Assembly (NCBI GenBank): GCA_038816475.1
Contig: JAWBAI010000004.1
Coordinates: 45,534 to 109,533, forward strand
Reading direction: 5' to 3'
Length of the DNA stretch: 64,000 nt
Origin: Desulfurococcaceae archaeon
Lineage (GTDB): Archaea > Thermoproteota > Thermoprotei_A > Sulfolobales > Desulfurococcaceae
This document shows positions 7,107-16,887 of the stretch, in pieces. Made by a program: the position numbers and the translations under genes. Position 1 is the stretch's first letter; each line of letters starts with the position of its first letter. Below the pieces are notes generated by a model that saw nothing but the letters and a program-made list of their open reading frames with translations, did no database searches and had not been told where the DNA came from.

Positions 7107-9923
7107 CTACTCCTCTTCTTTGTCTGCAATATACTTCTTCACCATCAAGAACTTCTTCTCGCACTCAGCTACCTCGGATACAAGGTCAGCTCCTTGCTGA
7201 ACTCTATTTATAATTCTGATCAATTCCTGCGTACCAACACCTCTACCAGCAAACGCCAATAACGCTTTTTCACCATGTCTGTAGAGAAGAACGGCTCTCT
7301 TAGCTAGATCCTCGTGTAGTCTACGCTCCTCAGGGTTGAGCTTTTTGCCTGATCTAAGCTTATTTACAACCTCCATTTCTTTTGTTAAATCACCTTTAAC
7401 CATAGTTAACGTAGCTAAACCGCATTTGGGACACGAGTAATTAGATAAACTCATGAAGTCCTTTACAGCTCCTTCTTTATGGAACCCGCAATTAATGCAT
7501 AACAAGGTTATTCTTCTCTTGAGCAGTCTCTCGTAGTAGCTCGAAGTATCGAATAGCGTTACATCAAGTAATTTTGGTATTTCTATGTAATTTAATTGTA
7601 CAATATGGTGTTTGTTGAGCGTATCGTAAACTCTGAACTCCACTTTGACAATATTCTTTTTTATCTTATCCGCCAGCTCCTTGAAAGAATCTATATCGTA
7701 GTCTCTTGTTAAGACTTCTCTTAGAGCTTCTTTACCTATGATAGTGTTTACGTACGCTTCAATGAGTTTTCTACTGATCTTAGTTTCAGGGGTTATTGCT
7801 CCAAATCTTTGAGCCACCTGGTATATTCTCCAAAGACACGTAGTGCTCTCTACTGCGATTTTTTCTATGAAACTCCTACTTGTATACTCATATAGCTTAG
7901 CAATTTTGTTGTAGATCAAGCTTTTTGCGAATTCCGTGGATACCGGATCTTCGAACTTGACTACTATAGTGTACGGAGTAGCGTAAACATGGAATTTAAC
8001 CTGTGGATATGTGGACTTAATAGTGTACTTTAGGAAGTCTTTAATCAGGTTATTGAGCCTAGATCCACCGTACAAATTGATTAATACTAAACCAGGTCTC
8101 CGTACATAATCAACGTATACTACGTGGCTATCCCCAAGCTCAGCGGCTTGTTCACATGCGATGTTGCCATCTACAAGTTTTCTTAGGTGTTCGGGAGGGT
8201 TTCCGTTCTCCTTGATGTACTTCACGGCTTTTCCTACTTCATAAGCAACATGGTAATCCACAGGTATGTTCTCACCTTCCCAGTGTGGTATAATGGCTAC
8301 CTCGGGATCAGCTTTGGCTGGTTCAACGTACAGCTTACCTTCTGCATCGTCGTACCCTACAACTCTCCAGGGTTTACCAGCTAGTACCAGGAGGTCCCCT
8401 GGATTAAGGTAGAGTACTACGTATTCCTCGTCTAAGCTACCAACTCTTTCTGCTTTATCAACAGAGACTACGTTTATTTCTCTACTAGACGGTATCATTG
8501 ACACCTTGTAGAGGTATAACCTGGTTTTCCTCGTAGGATAAAGCAGGTTTTTCTCTAGTTTTACCACCCGTGTATATGCTAAGTAGTTTATGGTCTCACT
8601 ATAGTCTTCTTTTGTTAAGTTGGAGTAGAGAGGATACTTCACCAGTTCTTCGTAGAGCATGTCAACGTCAACTCCACCTGGATTTATGAAGGTGAAAAGT
8701 GCTATGGCGTACGCTAATACGTCGAGTGGAGTATTGGAAATAAGCTCATGCTCTAAGAAGCCCTCCTTGGCTTTCAGAGCTATAATACTAGATTCAAGTA
8801 GATGGAGCAGGTTAGATGTTGATACTATTGCGCCTCTACTCACTTCTTCTATTCTATGACGACTTCTCCCGATTCTCTGAACAAGCCTAACTACCTGTCG
8901 TGGAGACATGTACTGAACAACATAGTTTACATGCCCTATATCTATTCCAAGCTCTAAACTCGAAGTAGCAATTAAGGCGTTAAGCTTCCTATGCTTGAAG
9001 TCTAATTCTACTTTCTCTCTGTGAGCTTTAGAAAGGCTTCCGTGATGAACCTCCAAGCTAATATCTAAACCATGTTTTTCAGATAAGCTTTTCATCAGAG
9101 CTCCTAACCTTTCGGCTAAACTCCTGGTGTTTGTAAAAACTAGTACATGCTTCTCACTCTCAATAGCCTTGAACAAAGTTTCCAATCTGGCGGCGAGTTG
9201 AAGATCAGTAACGTCTTTGTTCAAAGCTTCGCAGAACTCACTACTACATACCGGCACTACTACCTTAACATCCATGCTTCTAGTAGACGCATCCCTCAGC
9301 ACTATAATGTTATTGTTGTACGGGTCGAGGAGTCTTTTCGCATATTCCTCGGCTTTGCTACTCAAAGTCGCTGTTAGGGCTATCTTTGTAAGCTTTTTAC
9401 CTAAGTATTTCTCGAGAAAGTAAATATTGGTGAGAAGAAGTAATCCACGTTTACTCTCAAGAAGATCCCTAAACTCGTCTAACACAATGTACTCCAGATT
9501 TACTAGATGTTTTCTAGTTTCATCGTTTATCACTATGTAGTTAAAGGTCTCAGGTGTGGTTACAAGTATGTGTGGAGGAGCTTGAGCTATTAGTTTTCTT
9601 ACGTGTTGTGGCGTATCTCCGTGTCTTATAGCTACCTGTAGACCAAAGCACTTGCTTATTCTTTCAAGTCTACTCGCTATATCCCTATTCAGAGCTCTCA
9701 ACGGTGTAATGTACAGGACAGCTGTGGGCTTGAGCTTTCTCAGAGATACCTTAAGCATTACAGGAAACATAGCAGCCTCCGTCTTACCGCTACCTGTTGG
9801 TGCAACGATTATGAACGAGCCTGTGCTTTTGTAAATCTCGCGCAGGCTTCTTCTCTGAATTTCCGTGAGGTTTTTGTACCCGAGTTCTTTTAGGCAGACA
9901 GCTATTTTGTTAATATCCTCCAT
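7107..9923 (-). CDS. lhr: Lhr-like SF2 helicase
   Basis: APTGSGKT, YITPLRALNRD, RHGDT, TTPET, motif II DEFR, HHGSLS, ATSSLELGIDIG, QRIGRSRH, IPHWEGE, C-terminal Zn ribbon CINC..CPKC. Confidence 0.9.
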   Translation of the reverse strand: MEDINKIAVCLKELGYKNLTEIQRRSLREIYKSTGSFIIVAPTGSGKTEAAMFPVMLKVSLRKLKPTAVLYITPLRALNRDIASRLERISKCFGLQVAIRHGDTPQHVRKLIAQAPPHILVTTPETFNYIVINDETRKHLVNLEYIVLDEFRDLLESKRGLLLLTNIYFLEKYLGKKLTKIALTATLSSKAEEYAKRLLDPYNNNIIVLRDASTRSMDVKVVVPVCSSEFCEALNKDVTDLQLAARLETLFKAIESEKHVLVFTNTRSLAERLGALMKSLSEKHGLDISLEVHHGSLSKAHREKVELDFKHRKLNALIATSSLELGIDIGHVNYVVQYMSPRQVVRLVQRIGRSRHRIEEVSRGAIVSTSNLLHLLESSIIALKAKEGFLEHELISNTPLDVLAYAIALFTFINPGGVDVDMLYEELVKYPLYSNLTKEDYSETINYLAYTRVVKLEKNLLYPTRKTRLYLYKVSMIPSSREINVVSVDKAERVGSLDEEYVVLYLNPGDLLVLAGKPWRVVGYDDAEGKLYVEPAKADPEVAIIPHWEGENIPVDYHVAYEVGKAVKYIKENGNPPEHLRKLVDGNIACEQAAELGDSHVVYVDYVRRPGLVLINLYGGSRLNNLIKDFLKYTIKSTYPQVKFHVYATPYTIVVKFEDPVSTEFAKSLIYNKIAKLYEYTSRSFIEKIAVESTTCLWRIYQVAQRFGAITPETKISRKLIEAYVNTIIGKEALREVLTRDYDIDSFKELADKIKKNIVKVEFRVYDTLNKHHIVQLNYIEIPKLLDVTLFDTSSYYERLLKRRITLLCINCGFHKEGAVKDFMSLSNYSCPKCGLATLTMVKGDLTKEMEVVNKLRSGKKLNPEERRLHEDLAKRAVLLYRHGEKALLAFAGRGVGTQELIRIINRVQQGADLVSEVAECEKKFLMVKKYIADKEEE

Positions 9924-10013
9924 ACACGTATGCCAAGATTAAAATCTCGCTAGGAATAGATATTATACACTGGGTTATATCATCAAGTACAATCGGAGCA
10001 CAAGGCACACCAT

Positions 10014-11921
10014 ATGAGCTTAAATAATGAAGTTAGAAGGCACTTATTCGCCGTGTATGTGTTGTGGTTTTTCAACTGTATACTGTACTTTCTGTCTTCT
10101 GGTCCACTGAAACCCACACTGACGCTTCGAGGTATAAGCTTATTCGACCTGCTAAGCTACTCGAGGGTTCTAAACCAAGCAGTAGAGTTCGTAGGATATC
10201 TCATCGTATCCTTGATTCATCTTATCGCATCTCTTGCAATAACCAGGAATATAGTATTAGCATTGATGAACCGTGCGCTTTTAATCGTTCAGCTCTCTCT
10301 GCTCGGTTTCGACCGTATAAGCTACGGTGTTTTAATTCGCGAGTTTGCAATACTGGTATTTGCTTTGTTTATACTGAGGGTAATATCACATGGTTCTATA
10401 CCAAAACTTAGTACTATTGACCTGTTCATTGGTTTGAAGAATTTAGTAAGTAGTGTAGTTCGAGATAAAGAGAGTAGAGTGAAGATTGATGCGGTTGTTT
10501 ACATGCTTTCTCTACACAGTTTAGCACTATCTCTTCTCATACTATGGACGTTCTCATATACAAGCGTACAGGATTTATATGCGATGGGAGGTGTACTGAT
10601 GATCTTATTTGCGATAATACCTTTACTTCAAATAGGTCTTTTAACTGTGATCTCAAGAAGCATGGAGCAATCGTCCTTAATTCTTCTAATGAGCGCTATT
10701 TCCGGTACAGGACTTCTAGGTACAATACCAATGCTGATGTCCATCGGTTACGTAGGTTCATCACGCTTACAATCAGTACACGCGAAATTCACTAAGTTGA
10801 AATCCACTGGCTTATACATGGGTACAGTGTTAGCAGAGCTTACAAGTAAAAAAACGCTGGAGAAGGAGGAGTGGTATTGGAGCAGTAAATCGTTTCCTCT
10901 CTACCTGGATTTCGATAAGCTTAACACACCGCACGTCATAATCATAGGGTCGTCTGGAACCGGTAAAACAACCCTGGCCAAACACATAGTTCAGGAAGCA
11001 AAGAGAAAGTACAATTACAACGTAATTATAATAGACTTACACGGCGAATACCATGATTTACAAGATGAGCTAGGGCTTAAGATAATAGATGCCTCAAGCT
11101 GTGGCGTAAATCCACTTGCACTAGGAAATGCTTCACCAAAAGATAGAGCGATGCAGGTAGCGCACATAATATCTACGATATTTGATCTTGGACCACTTCA
11201 AAGGAGAATGATTGAAGAGGTGATAATGGAAGCTTACAACCTACGTGGTATAAATCAAAGAGATCCAACCACCTGGAGCAGAGATCCGCCCACGCTCCAA
11301 GAGCTCGTAGAGGTTTGCAAGAGACTTATCAAAGAGAATTTCGAGTACAGCCGTATCATACCCTACTTGGAAATGCTAAGTGAAAATCTGAGTACGGAGT
11401 GTTGGCTAAGCGTAGACAGCGTTCTCGAACAGGACAGCCTTATAGATCTAAGCAGAGTAGCTAGCGATTTCGCGAAAACGATCTTCATAGATACGTTAAT
11501 GTATCTTCTACTGAACAGAATGTACACTATGGGTAAGAGAAAAATACAGTTGTTATTAGACGAGGCAAGAAGTTTGATGCCTAGAGCTGTAACACGAGAG
11601 ATCATCAGTAGGCTATTTGTGGAGAGTAGGAAATTTGGATTTTCATTAATCGTAATCTCGCAGGAGATAGGTAAAATACCTCGAGATTTCGTTAACAATG
11701 CCGGGGCACGCGTGTTCTTTTTACTAAATGATCCGAAAAGCGTTGAAGAAGCATCAAAAATACTCAGTGGAACAAGTCTCAGGGATAAAGTGTCTATAGT
11801 AGCTGAGGCGCTTAGAACTCTTAGGCAACATACATACTTAATTCACATTACAGGCTTAAACAAGGTGTATATTGTCAGCTCGCCTATTGAATCAGAAGAG
11901 CATAAAAATAAGTATGGCTAA
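10014..11921 (+). CDS. Membrane-anchored HerA/VirD4-like ATPase (possible CedD-like coupling protein)
   Basis: ~250 aa multi-TM N-terminus; HVIIIGSSGTGKT, IIDLHGEY, LLLDEAR, ESRKFG..ISQ. Confidence 0.75.
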   Translation: MSLNNEVRRHLFAVYVLWFFNCILYFLSSGPLKPTLTLRGISLFDLLSYSRVLNQAVEFVGYLIVSLIHLIASLAITRNIVLALMNRALLIVQLSLLGFDRISYGVLIREFAILVFALFILRVISHGSIPKLSTIDLFIGLKNLVSSVVRDKESRVKIDAVVYMLSLHSLALSLLILWTFSYTSVQDLYAMGGVLMILFAIIPLLQIGLLTVISRSMEQSSLILLMSAISGTGLLGTIPMLMSIGYVGSSRLQSVHAKFTKLKSTGLYMGTVLAELTSKKTLEKEEWYWSSKSFPLYLDFDKLNTPHVIIIGSSGTGKTTLAKHIVQEAKRKYNYNVIIIDLHGEYHDLQDELGLKIIDASSCGVNPLALGNASPKDRAMQVAHIISTIFDLGPLQRRMIEEVIMEAYNLRGINQRDPTTWSRDPPTLQELVEVCKRLIKENFEYSRIIPYLEMLSENLSTECWLSVDSVLEQDSLIDLSRVASDFAKTIFIDTLMYLLLNRMYTMGKRKIQLLLDEARSLMPRAVTREIISRLFVESRKFGFSLIVISQEIGKIPRDFVNNAGARVFFLLNDPKSVEEASKILSGTSLRDKVSIVAEALRTLRQHTYLIHITGLNKVYIVSSPIESEEHKNKYG

Positions 11922-11968
11922 TTGTTGAACCATTAGTAGATACTGTTTATTAAGAAATTCCAGACTAT

Positions 11969-12283
11969 GTGTTTAAGGTGACTTCGATGCTTTTCTACGA
12001 GGAAGAGTATAGGAGCGAGGATGAGGAGGCTCGTGGAGAAAAGGAAGAAACGGTCATTGAAGAAGAGGAAGGAGAACTAGTTGTTGAGCAGTTGAAATTA
12101 CTAGTAAAAGTGTCCAGAACATGGCAACAAGTACTCCAGGGTCGAGAATCCGTAGATGCTTTAAAATCTCTATATAAACCGGCGACGAAGCCTGTTCGCG
12201 TGTCAACTACGGCTGAAAGAAAAGCTAAAACTACCAGGAAGAAGCCCCAGTCTAAATCCCGAAGAAGGTCTAAGCCAAGTTAG
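11969..12283 (+). CDS. rpo13: RNA polymerase subunit Rpo13-like protein
   Basis: Acidic N-terminus, core EQLKLLVKVSRTWQQVLQGRESVDALKSLY resembling Sulfolobus Rpo13 (IELLMKNTEIWDNLLNGKISVDEAKRLF), basic C-terminal tail. Confidence 0.7.
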   Translation: MFKVTSMLFYEEEYRSEDEEARGEKEETVIEEEEGELVVEQLKLLVKVSRTWQQVLQGRESVDALKSLYKPATKPVRVSTTAERKAKTTRKKPQSKSRRRSKPS

Positions 12284-12660
12284 AACTCCTTGTACTCGAA
12301 TAGCACTTCGGAATAGCCAATCTCGTTAAGTGCTTTTACTAAAAGCTCCCTCGGCATTTTTTTATCAAATACGAACTCGACTATTTTATTATCTCCGTTT
12401 TTTATCAATTTAATCTTCTGAACTACAGTTCTTCCACGGATCGATTCAGCGATATCCTTAGGAACAACTAAATAGCTTTCATATCTTCTTTTTGCTAAAC
12501 CGTAGTACTCGTCGAAGTTTTCAATTATTCTCTTCGCTTCTTCGAGGTCTTTTGTAATACCGTGTATTGATATAATGGACTCAACGAGCTTTACTGCGAG
12601 ATGTTGTTCAAGTTTTACATGAAAGCACTTTGCTAGGTCTACCTCTACTGTAATTTTCAT
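12280..12660 (-). CDS. Hypothetical protein
   Basis: 126 aa ORF with ATG start and normal composition filling the rpo13-PCNA gap. Confidence 0.7.
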   Translation of the reverse strand: MKITVEVDLAKCFHVKLEQHLAVKLVESIISIHGITKDLEEAKRIIENFDEYYGLAKRRYESYLVVPKDIAESIRGRTVVQKIKLIKNGDNKIVEFVFDKKMPRELLVKALNEIGYSEVLFEYKEF

Positions 12661-12719
12661 CTTAAGACCCTTCCAACTTATATATCAGAAGTTTTGTAAG
12701 CCTATATTAAGGGGATACG

Positions 12720-13472
12720 GTGTTTAAGGTTCAGTACCCTAATGCAAGCAAGTTAAAGCAGGTAGTTCAAGCGCTGGCTAAGATCAGCGACGAACTTCAA
12801 CTACAGGTAACTCTTGAGGCATTTAACTTAATGGCTTTATCTCCAGATAAAACCATGATGGCTGTATTAACTCTACCTAACCTTGTATTTGAAGAGTACA
12901 GCGTTGAAGAAGAAACAACGATATTAGTGCCTGCAATAGAGCTTAAAAGAGTTATTAGGAGAACTACAAGAAACGACATAATGCAGATATCCGTGAACAA
13001 AGAGACGAACGAGCTAATTATAGTTCTCCGCGATAGAAAGAGTGGGCTTGAGAGAGAACTCGCCGTGCCAATAATCCCTAGACCTCCTGAGCCTGTTCCT
13101 GAACTAGAGCTAGAGCTCTCCGTAACATTTGCAATGCTGAGTCAAGATCTAAAGAACATTGTGGGAGACTTAAAACTCGTAGGTGAAGAAGCGACCTTCA
13201 TCTACGAACCTGGGAAAATAGTCATTAGGTCAACGGAGCAGCGCAAAGAGTACACGTGTGAACTTCGAGAAGGAAACCCGCTCACAATTCTATCCTCGGC
13301 TGTGGAAAGAGCGCAATCTACTTATGGTACTGACATGCTAGTGGCGATCGCAAAAGTAGCTAGCGCATCGAAGCAGGTGATAGTATCGTTCGATACTGGT
13401 AAACCCATGAAGGTAGAATACGAGCTTGCAGGCGGAGGCAGACTCGTGTACTGGATTGTACCACGCGTGTAG
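12720..13472 (+). CDS. pcn: DNA polymerase sliding clamp (PCNA paralog)
   Basis: 250 aa; MFKVQY.., ALSPDKTMMAVL, FEEYSVEEE, C-terminal KPMKVEYELAGGGRLVYWIVPR. Confidence 0.93.
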   Translation: MFKVQYPNASKLKQVVQALAKISDELQLQVTLEAFNLMALSPDKTMMAVLTLPNLVFEEYSVEEETTILVPAIELKRVIRRTTRNDIMQISVNKETNELIIVLRDRKSGLERELAVPIIPRPPEPVPELELELSVTFAMLSQDLKNIVGDLKLVGEEATFIYEPGKIVIRSTEQRKEYTCELREGNPLTILSSAVERAQSTYGTDMLVAIAKVASASKQVIVSFDTGKPMKVEYELAGGGRLVYWIVPRV

Positions 13473-13474
13473 TA

Positions 13475-13774
13475 CTACTTGGTTTTCGAGTGAAGACTTT
13501 TTCCTTCAAGTAGAGATGTTAACTCCTCCATTAACTTTTCTCTCTCTTCTAAGCTCATACCTTTAATGCGCTGAGTAGGGGATTTAAGTGGTGATTTGAA
13601 GATCCATGCAGGGTTTTTGCAAGTTGTCATCCAGTATGGACATGCAACGCAACAGTGCGGATCAACGGCGAGTTCAGGGAATAGTGAGCAGGTCTTTGTG
13701 GGGTTGTGCAATCCACACAAGTCGCATCTATCCCAGTATATCGTCAAACTATTCACCACTACACAATAAACCAA
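13475..13774 (-). CDS. Cys-rich putative metal-binding hypothetical protein
   Basis: CDLC..C..HCCVACPY..C pattern then acidic helix. Confidence 0.6.
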   Translation of the reverse strand: MVYCVVVNSLTIYWDRCDLCGLHNPTKTCSLFPELAVDPHCCVACPYWMTTCKNPAWIFKSPLKSPTQRIKGMSLEEREKLMEELTSLLEGKSLHSKTK

Positions 13775-13889
13775 TAGTAGGCTTTTAAGAGCTTTTAGTT
13801 GTTAACGTATATGATAAACGTATGGACAGTATATACCCGTATATTACCTCTGACATCATAGTGTAATATGCAGGTACTAGTTAGTTCAG

Positions 13890-14480
13890 GTGTGCTATTT
13901 GCTTTATGAAATAGTTTTTCATGGTAGAGGAGGTCAGGGTGCTGTAACAGCGTCGAATATTTTGGTTCAAGCGGCGATATTTGAGAACCTCTATGGACAG
14001 AGCTTTCCATTCTTTGGTGCTGAGAGAAGAGGTGCACCTGTTGTAGCTTATGCAAGAATAAGTGACAAACCTATTCTAAGGCATAGTAACATAAGAGAAG
14101 CAGATGTTGTTGTTGTGCTGGATAGTAGTTTACTTAAGTTGGGCGTAGTAAGGAAAACACGAATAAAAAATAACGGAATTCTTATTGTTAACACCGAAGA
14201 GAGCACCGTTGATAAGACATGGTTTAGCAGCGAAGACGTTGTTCGGGTTTACGTCGTCAACGCCACAAAAATAGCTATAGAACTGGGGCTTGTTTTAGCA
14301 GGATGGCCTCTAGTGAATACACCTATGCTGGGTGCAATTTCAAAAGCCCTGGGAATCATCTCCATGAATAGCGTAGAGAAAGCTATTATTGAATACTTTG
14401 GTGAAAAAGCTGGAAGGAAAAACGTTGAAGCAGCATTTAGAGCTTACAACGAAACCAAGTATTTGGGTGAGGTGATCTAA
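13890..14480 (+). CDS. porG: 2-oxoacid:ferredoxin oxidoreductase gamma subunit
   Basis: FHGRGGQGAVTAS, FPFFGAERRGAPV, NTPMLGA. Confidence 0.93.
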   Translation: MCYLLYEIVFHGRGGQGAVTASNILVQAAIFENLYGQSFPFFGAERRGAPVVAYARISDKPILRHSNIREADVVVVLDSSLLKLGVVRKTRIKNNGILIVNTEESTVDKTWFSSEDVVRVYVVNATKIAIELGLVLAGWPLVNTPMLGAISKALGIISMNSVEKAIIEYFGEKAGRKNVEAAFRAYNETKYLGEVI

Positions 14481-14756
14481 GTGAAAGTTGAAAACGTAGT
14501 AGCCTGGAAATACCCTCACTCGAAACCTGTAAAGGGAGTTGCTGGTAAGACTGGTCTTTGGCGAACACAAAAACCAATCGTTGATGCGAACAAGTGTACA
14601 AGGTGTTATCAGTGCGAGATCTTCTGTCCAGGGATCTGCATAAGGGTTGAGGCTGAATCAGGTGCTGTAATTGATTACGATTACTGCAAAGGTTGTGGGA
14701 TATGCGCGGACGTGTGTCCGGCTAGAGCTATAACAATGATCCCCGAACATGGGTGA
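14481..14756 (+). CDS. porD: 2-oxoacid:ferredoxin oxidoreductase delta subunit (2x[4Fe-4S])
   Basis: KTGLWR, CTRCYQCEIFCP, DYDYCKGCGICADVCP. Confidence 0.93.
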   Translation: MKVENVVAWKYPHSKPVKGVAGKTGLWRTQKPIVDANKCTRCYQCEIFCPGICIRVEAESGAVIDYDYCKGCGICADVCPARAITMIPEHG

Positions 14757-15952
14757 ACAGTATGAGTGTTAAGAGGCTCGCTTTAACAGGAAACCACGCT
14801 ATAGCGTACGCTGTTAAGTACGCGAAACCCCAAGTTATAGCAGCTTATCCAATAACACCTCAAACACCTATTGTGGAAAAGCTATCGGAGCTCATAGAGT
14901 TAGGTGAGCTTAAAGCAACAATGATCAGAGTTGAGTCAGAGCACTCTGCTCTAGCGGCTTGCTTTGGTGCATCAATAGCGGGTGCTAGAACCTTCACAGC
15001 AACGAGTAGTCAGGGATTACTCTACATGCACGAGGTTGTACACTGGATTTCTAGAGCTAGAGCACCCGTAGTTATGGCTATCGTTTCAAGAACAATAAAC
15101 ACACCGTGGAATATATGGCCTGATCACAGCGATTTCGTGGATCAGCGTGATGCCGGGTGGATAATGTCTTATGCCATGGACTCACAGGAAGCATTCGATC
15201 TAACACTGCAGGCATTTAAGATAAGTGAACACCCGTTGGTGTATTTACCAGTTATGGTCGGTATAGAGGGGTTCATTGTAGGGCATACGGCTACGCCGGT
15301 GGATTTACCCGATGAGAAGCTCGTTGATGATTGGTTAGGTGAAAGAAAGCAACCCTATGTTATTGACGGCACTGAACCCATAGGACTAGGAAACCTTGCT
15401 TTTCCCGAGGATACAGAGGACATGTTCTACGGCATACAGGAAGCTATGGAGAACTCTAAGAAAGTAATAAAGGAGGTGGACGAGGAATACGGCAAATTGT
15501 TTGGTAGAAGATACGGTGGGCTTGTAAGTTGCTATAACTGTAACGATGCCAAGTACATAGCTATTGCTATGGGTGCTTGGACGGGAGACCTTATTGAGGC
15601 GGCATTAAAGCTGAGAAATGAAGGTTACCCGGTGGGTGTTCTAAGAATAAGGTATTACAGACCATTCCCAGCCGATGATATATGGAATTACGTAAGCAAC
15701 ACTAAGGGTATCGTAGTGTTCGACAGAGCTATTAGCTTCGGTGCGTGGGGACCATTATATACCGATCTCGTTGCAGGGCTCACTCTTCATAGCGCGAAGT
15801 TGCCAGTTATAGTAAACGTAGTAGCAGGAATAGCTGGTGTAGACGTTTCACCGGAGGACTTCTACTTGATACTCAAGTCGTTCATAGATAAAATAGAGAA
15901 GGGTGAATACACAGGTAGAAACTATTTCACATGGAAGAAGGTTAGAAGGTGA
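14753..15952 (+). CDS. porA: 2-oxoacid:ferredoxin oxidoreductase alpha subunit
   Basis: AAYPITPQT, VESEHSA, TATSSQGLLYM. Confidence 0.93.
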   Translation: MNSMSVKRLALTGNHAIAYAVKYAKPQVIAAYPITPQTPIVEKLSELIELGELKATMIRVESEHSALAACFGASIAGARTFTATSSQGLLYMHEVVHWISRARAPVVMAIVSRTINTPWNIWPDHSDFVDQRDAGWIMSYAMDSQEAFDLTLQAFKISEHPLVYLPVMVGIEGFIVGHTATPVDLPDEKLVDDWLGERKQPYVIDGTEPIGLGNLAFPEDTEDMFYGIQEAMENSKKVIKEVDEEYGKLFGRRYGGLVSCYNCNDAKYIAIAMGAWTGDLIEAALKLRNEGYPVGVLRIRYYRPFPADDIWNYVSNTKGIVVFDRAISFGAWGPLYTDLVAGLTLHSAKLPVIVNVVAGIAGVDVSPEDFYLILKSFIDKIEKGEYTGRNYFTWKKVRR

Positions 15953-16887
15953 AACACGTGAGTACGTCCACGTCCAAGGTGAAACCCCCGCTTCCCTATG
16001 CATCAAGAGATTACCTCTACCCAGGAGACGCGGCGTGCCCAGGTTGTCCTATTCCAATTGCATGGAAAACTCTAATAGCAGCTCTTGGAGGCAGGATCAT
16101 AGTTGTTATACCAGCATGTTGTACTTCAATAGTTGTGGGGCCGTATCCTGGTCAAGCTTACAGCGTGAGCATAGTGCATGTCCCCTTTGCAGCAGCAGCA
16201 TCGGTAGCATCTGGAATAGCGAGTAGCCTCGAAGAGAGAGGTATAAGAGATGTTCATGTTGTTGTCTGGGCTGGTGATGGAGGAACAGCCGATATAGGCA
16301 TGGCAACAGTTAGCGGGGCCGCGGAGAGAAACGACAACATAATTTACGTGATGTACGATAACGAAGCATACATGAATACCGGTATTCAGAGAAGCTCTTC
16401 AACACCTAGGGGTGCGTGGACTACTACTACGCCAATACTGGGTAAACAGGAGAACAAGAAGGATGTTGCAAGAATAATGATAGCTCACGGAGTACCCTAC
16501 GTGGCAACAGCGAGCATAGGGTATCCACACGACTTCTACAGTAAGTTGCAGAGAGCTAAGAACATTAGAGGATTTAGATTCATACATTTACATGCTCCAT
16601 GCCCAATCGGGTGGAGATTCGACCCTATGTATACAGTGAGGATCGCTAAGTTGGCTGTTGAAACAGGCATGTGGATACTATACGAGTACCATAATGGAAA
16701 AGCGGTTATTTCGCCGCCAAGCAGACCATACGCTGACCCATCCAAGAGAAAACCCATAGAAGAGTACTTAAGGCTACAGGGAAGATTTAGAAGCATTGAT
16801 TCCCAGCTAATCAACGAAATGAAAAGCTACGTTGATGAAAACTGGAAATGGATTATGAAATTAACGTCTTTGGACGCAACCTCATGA
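15949..16887 (+). CDS. porB: 2-oxoacid:ferredoxin oxidoreductase beta subunit (TPP-binding)
   Basis: ACPGC, GDGGTADIG, DNEAYMNTGIQRSSSTP, APCPIGW. Confidence 0.93.
   Translation: MKHVSTSTSKVKPPLPYASRDYLYPGDAACPGCPIPIAWKTLIAALGGRIIVVIPACCTSIVVGPYPGQAYSVSIVHVPFAAAASVASGIASSLEERGIRDVHVVVWAGDGGTADIGMATVSGAAERNDNIIYVMYDNEAYMNTGIQRSSSTPRGAWTTTTPILGKQENKKDVARIMIAHGVPYVATASIGYPHDFYSKLQRAKNIRGFRFIHLHAPCPIGWRFDPMYTVRIAKLAVETGMWILYEYHNGKAVISPPSRPYADPSKRKPIEEYLRLQGRFRSIDSQLINEMKSYVDENWKWIMKLTSLDATS

Noticed and set aside
1629-11921. Two VirB4/VirD4-like ATPases as an integrated conjugative plasmid
   Set aside because: No integrase, att repeats or plasmid genes; flanked by core genes and matches the chromosomal Ced system
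10014-11921. Canonical HerA of the HerA-NurA resection operon
   Set aside because: Has a multi-TM N-terminus instead of a HAS barrel, and nurA/mre11/rad50 are absent
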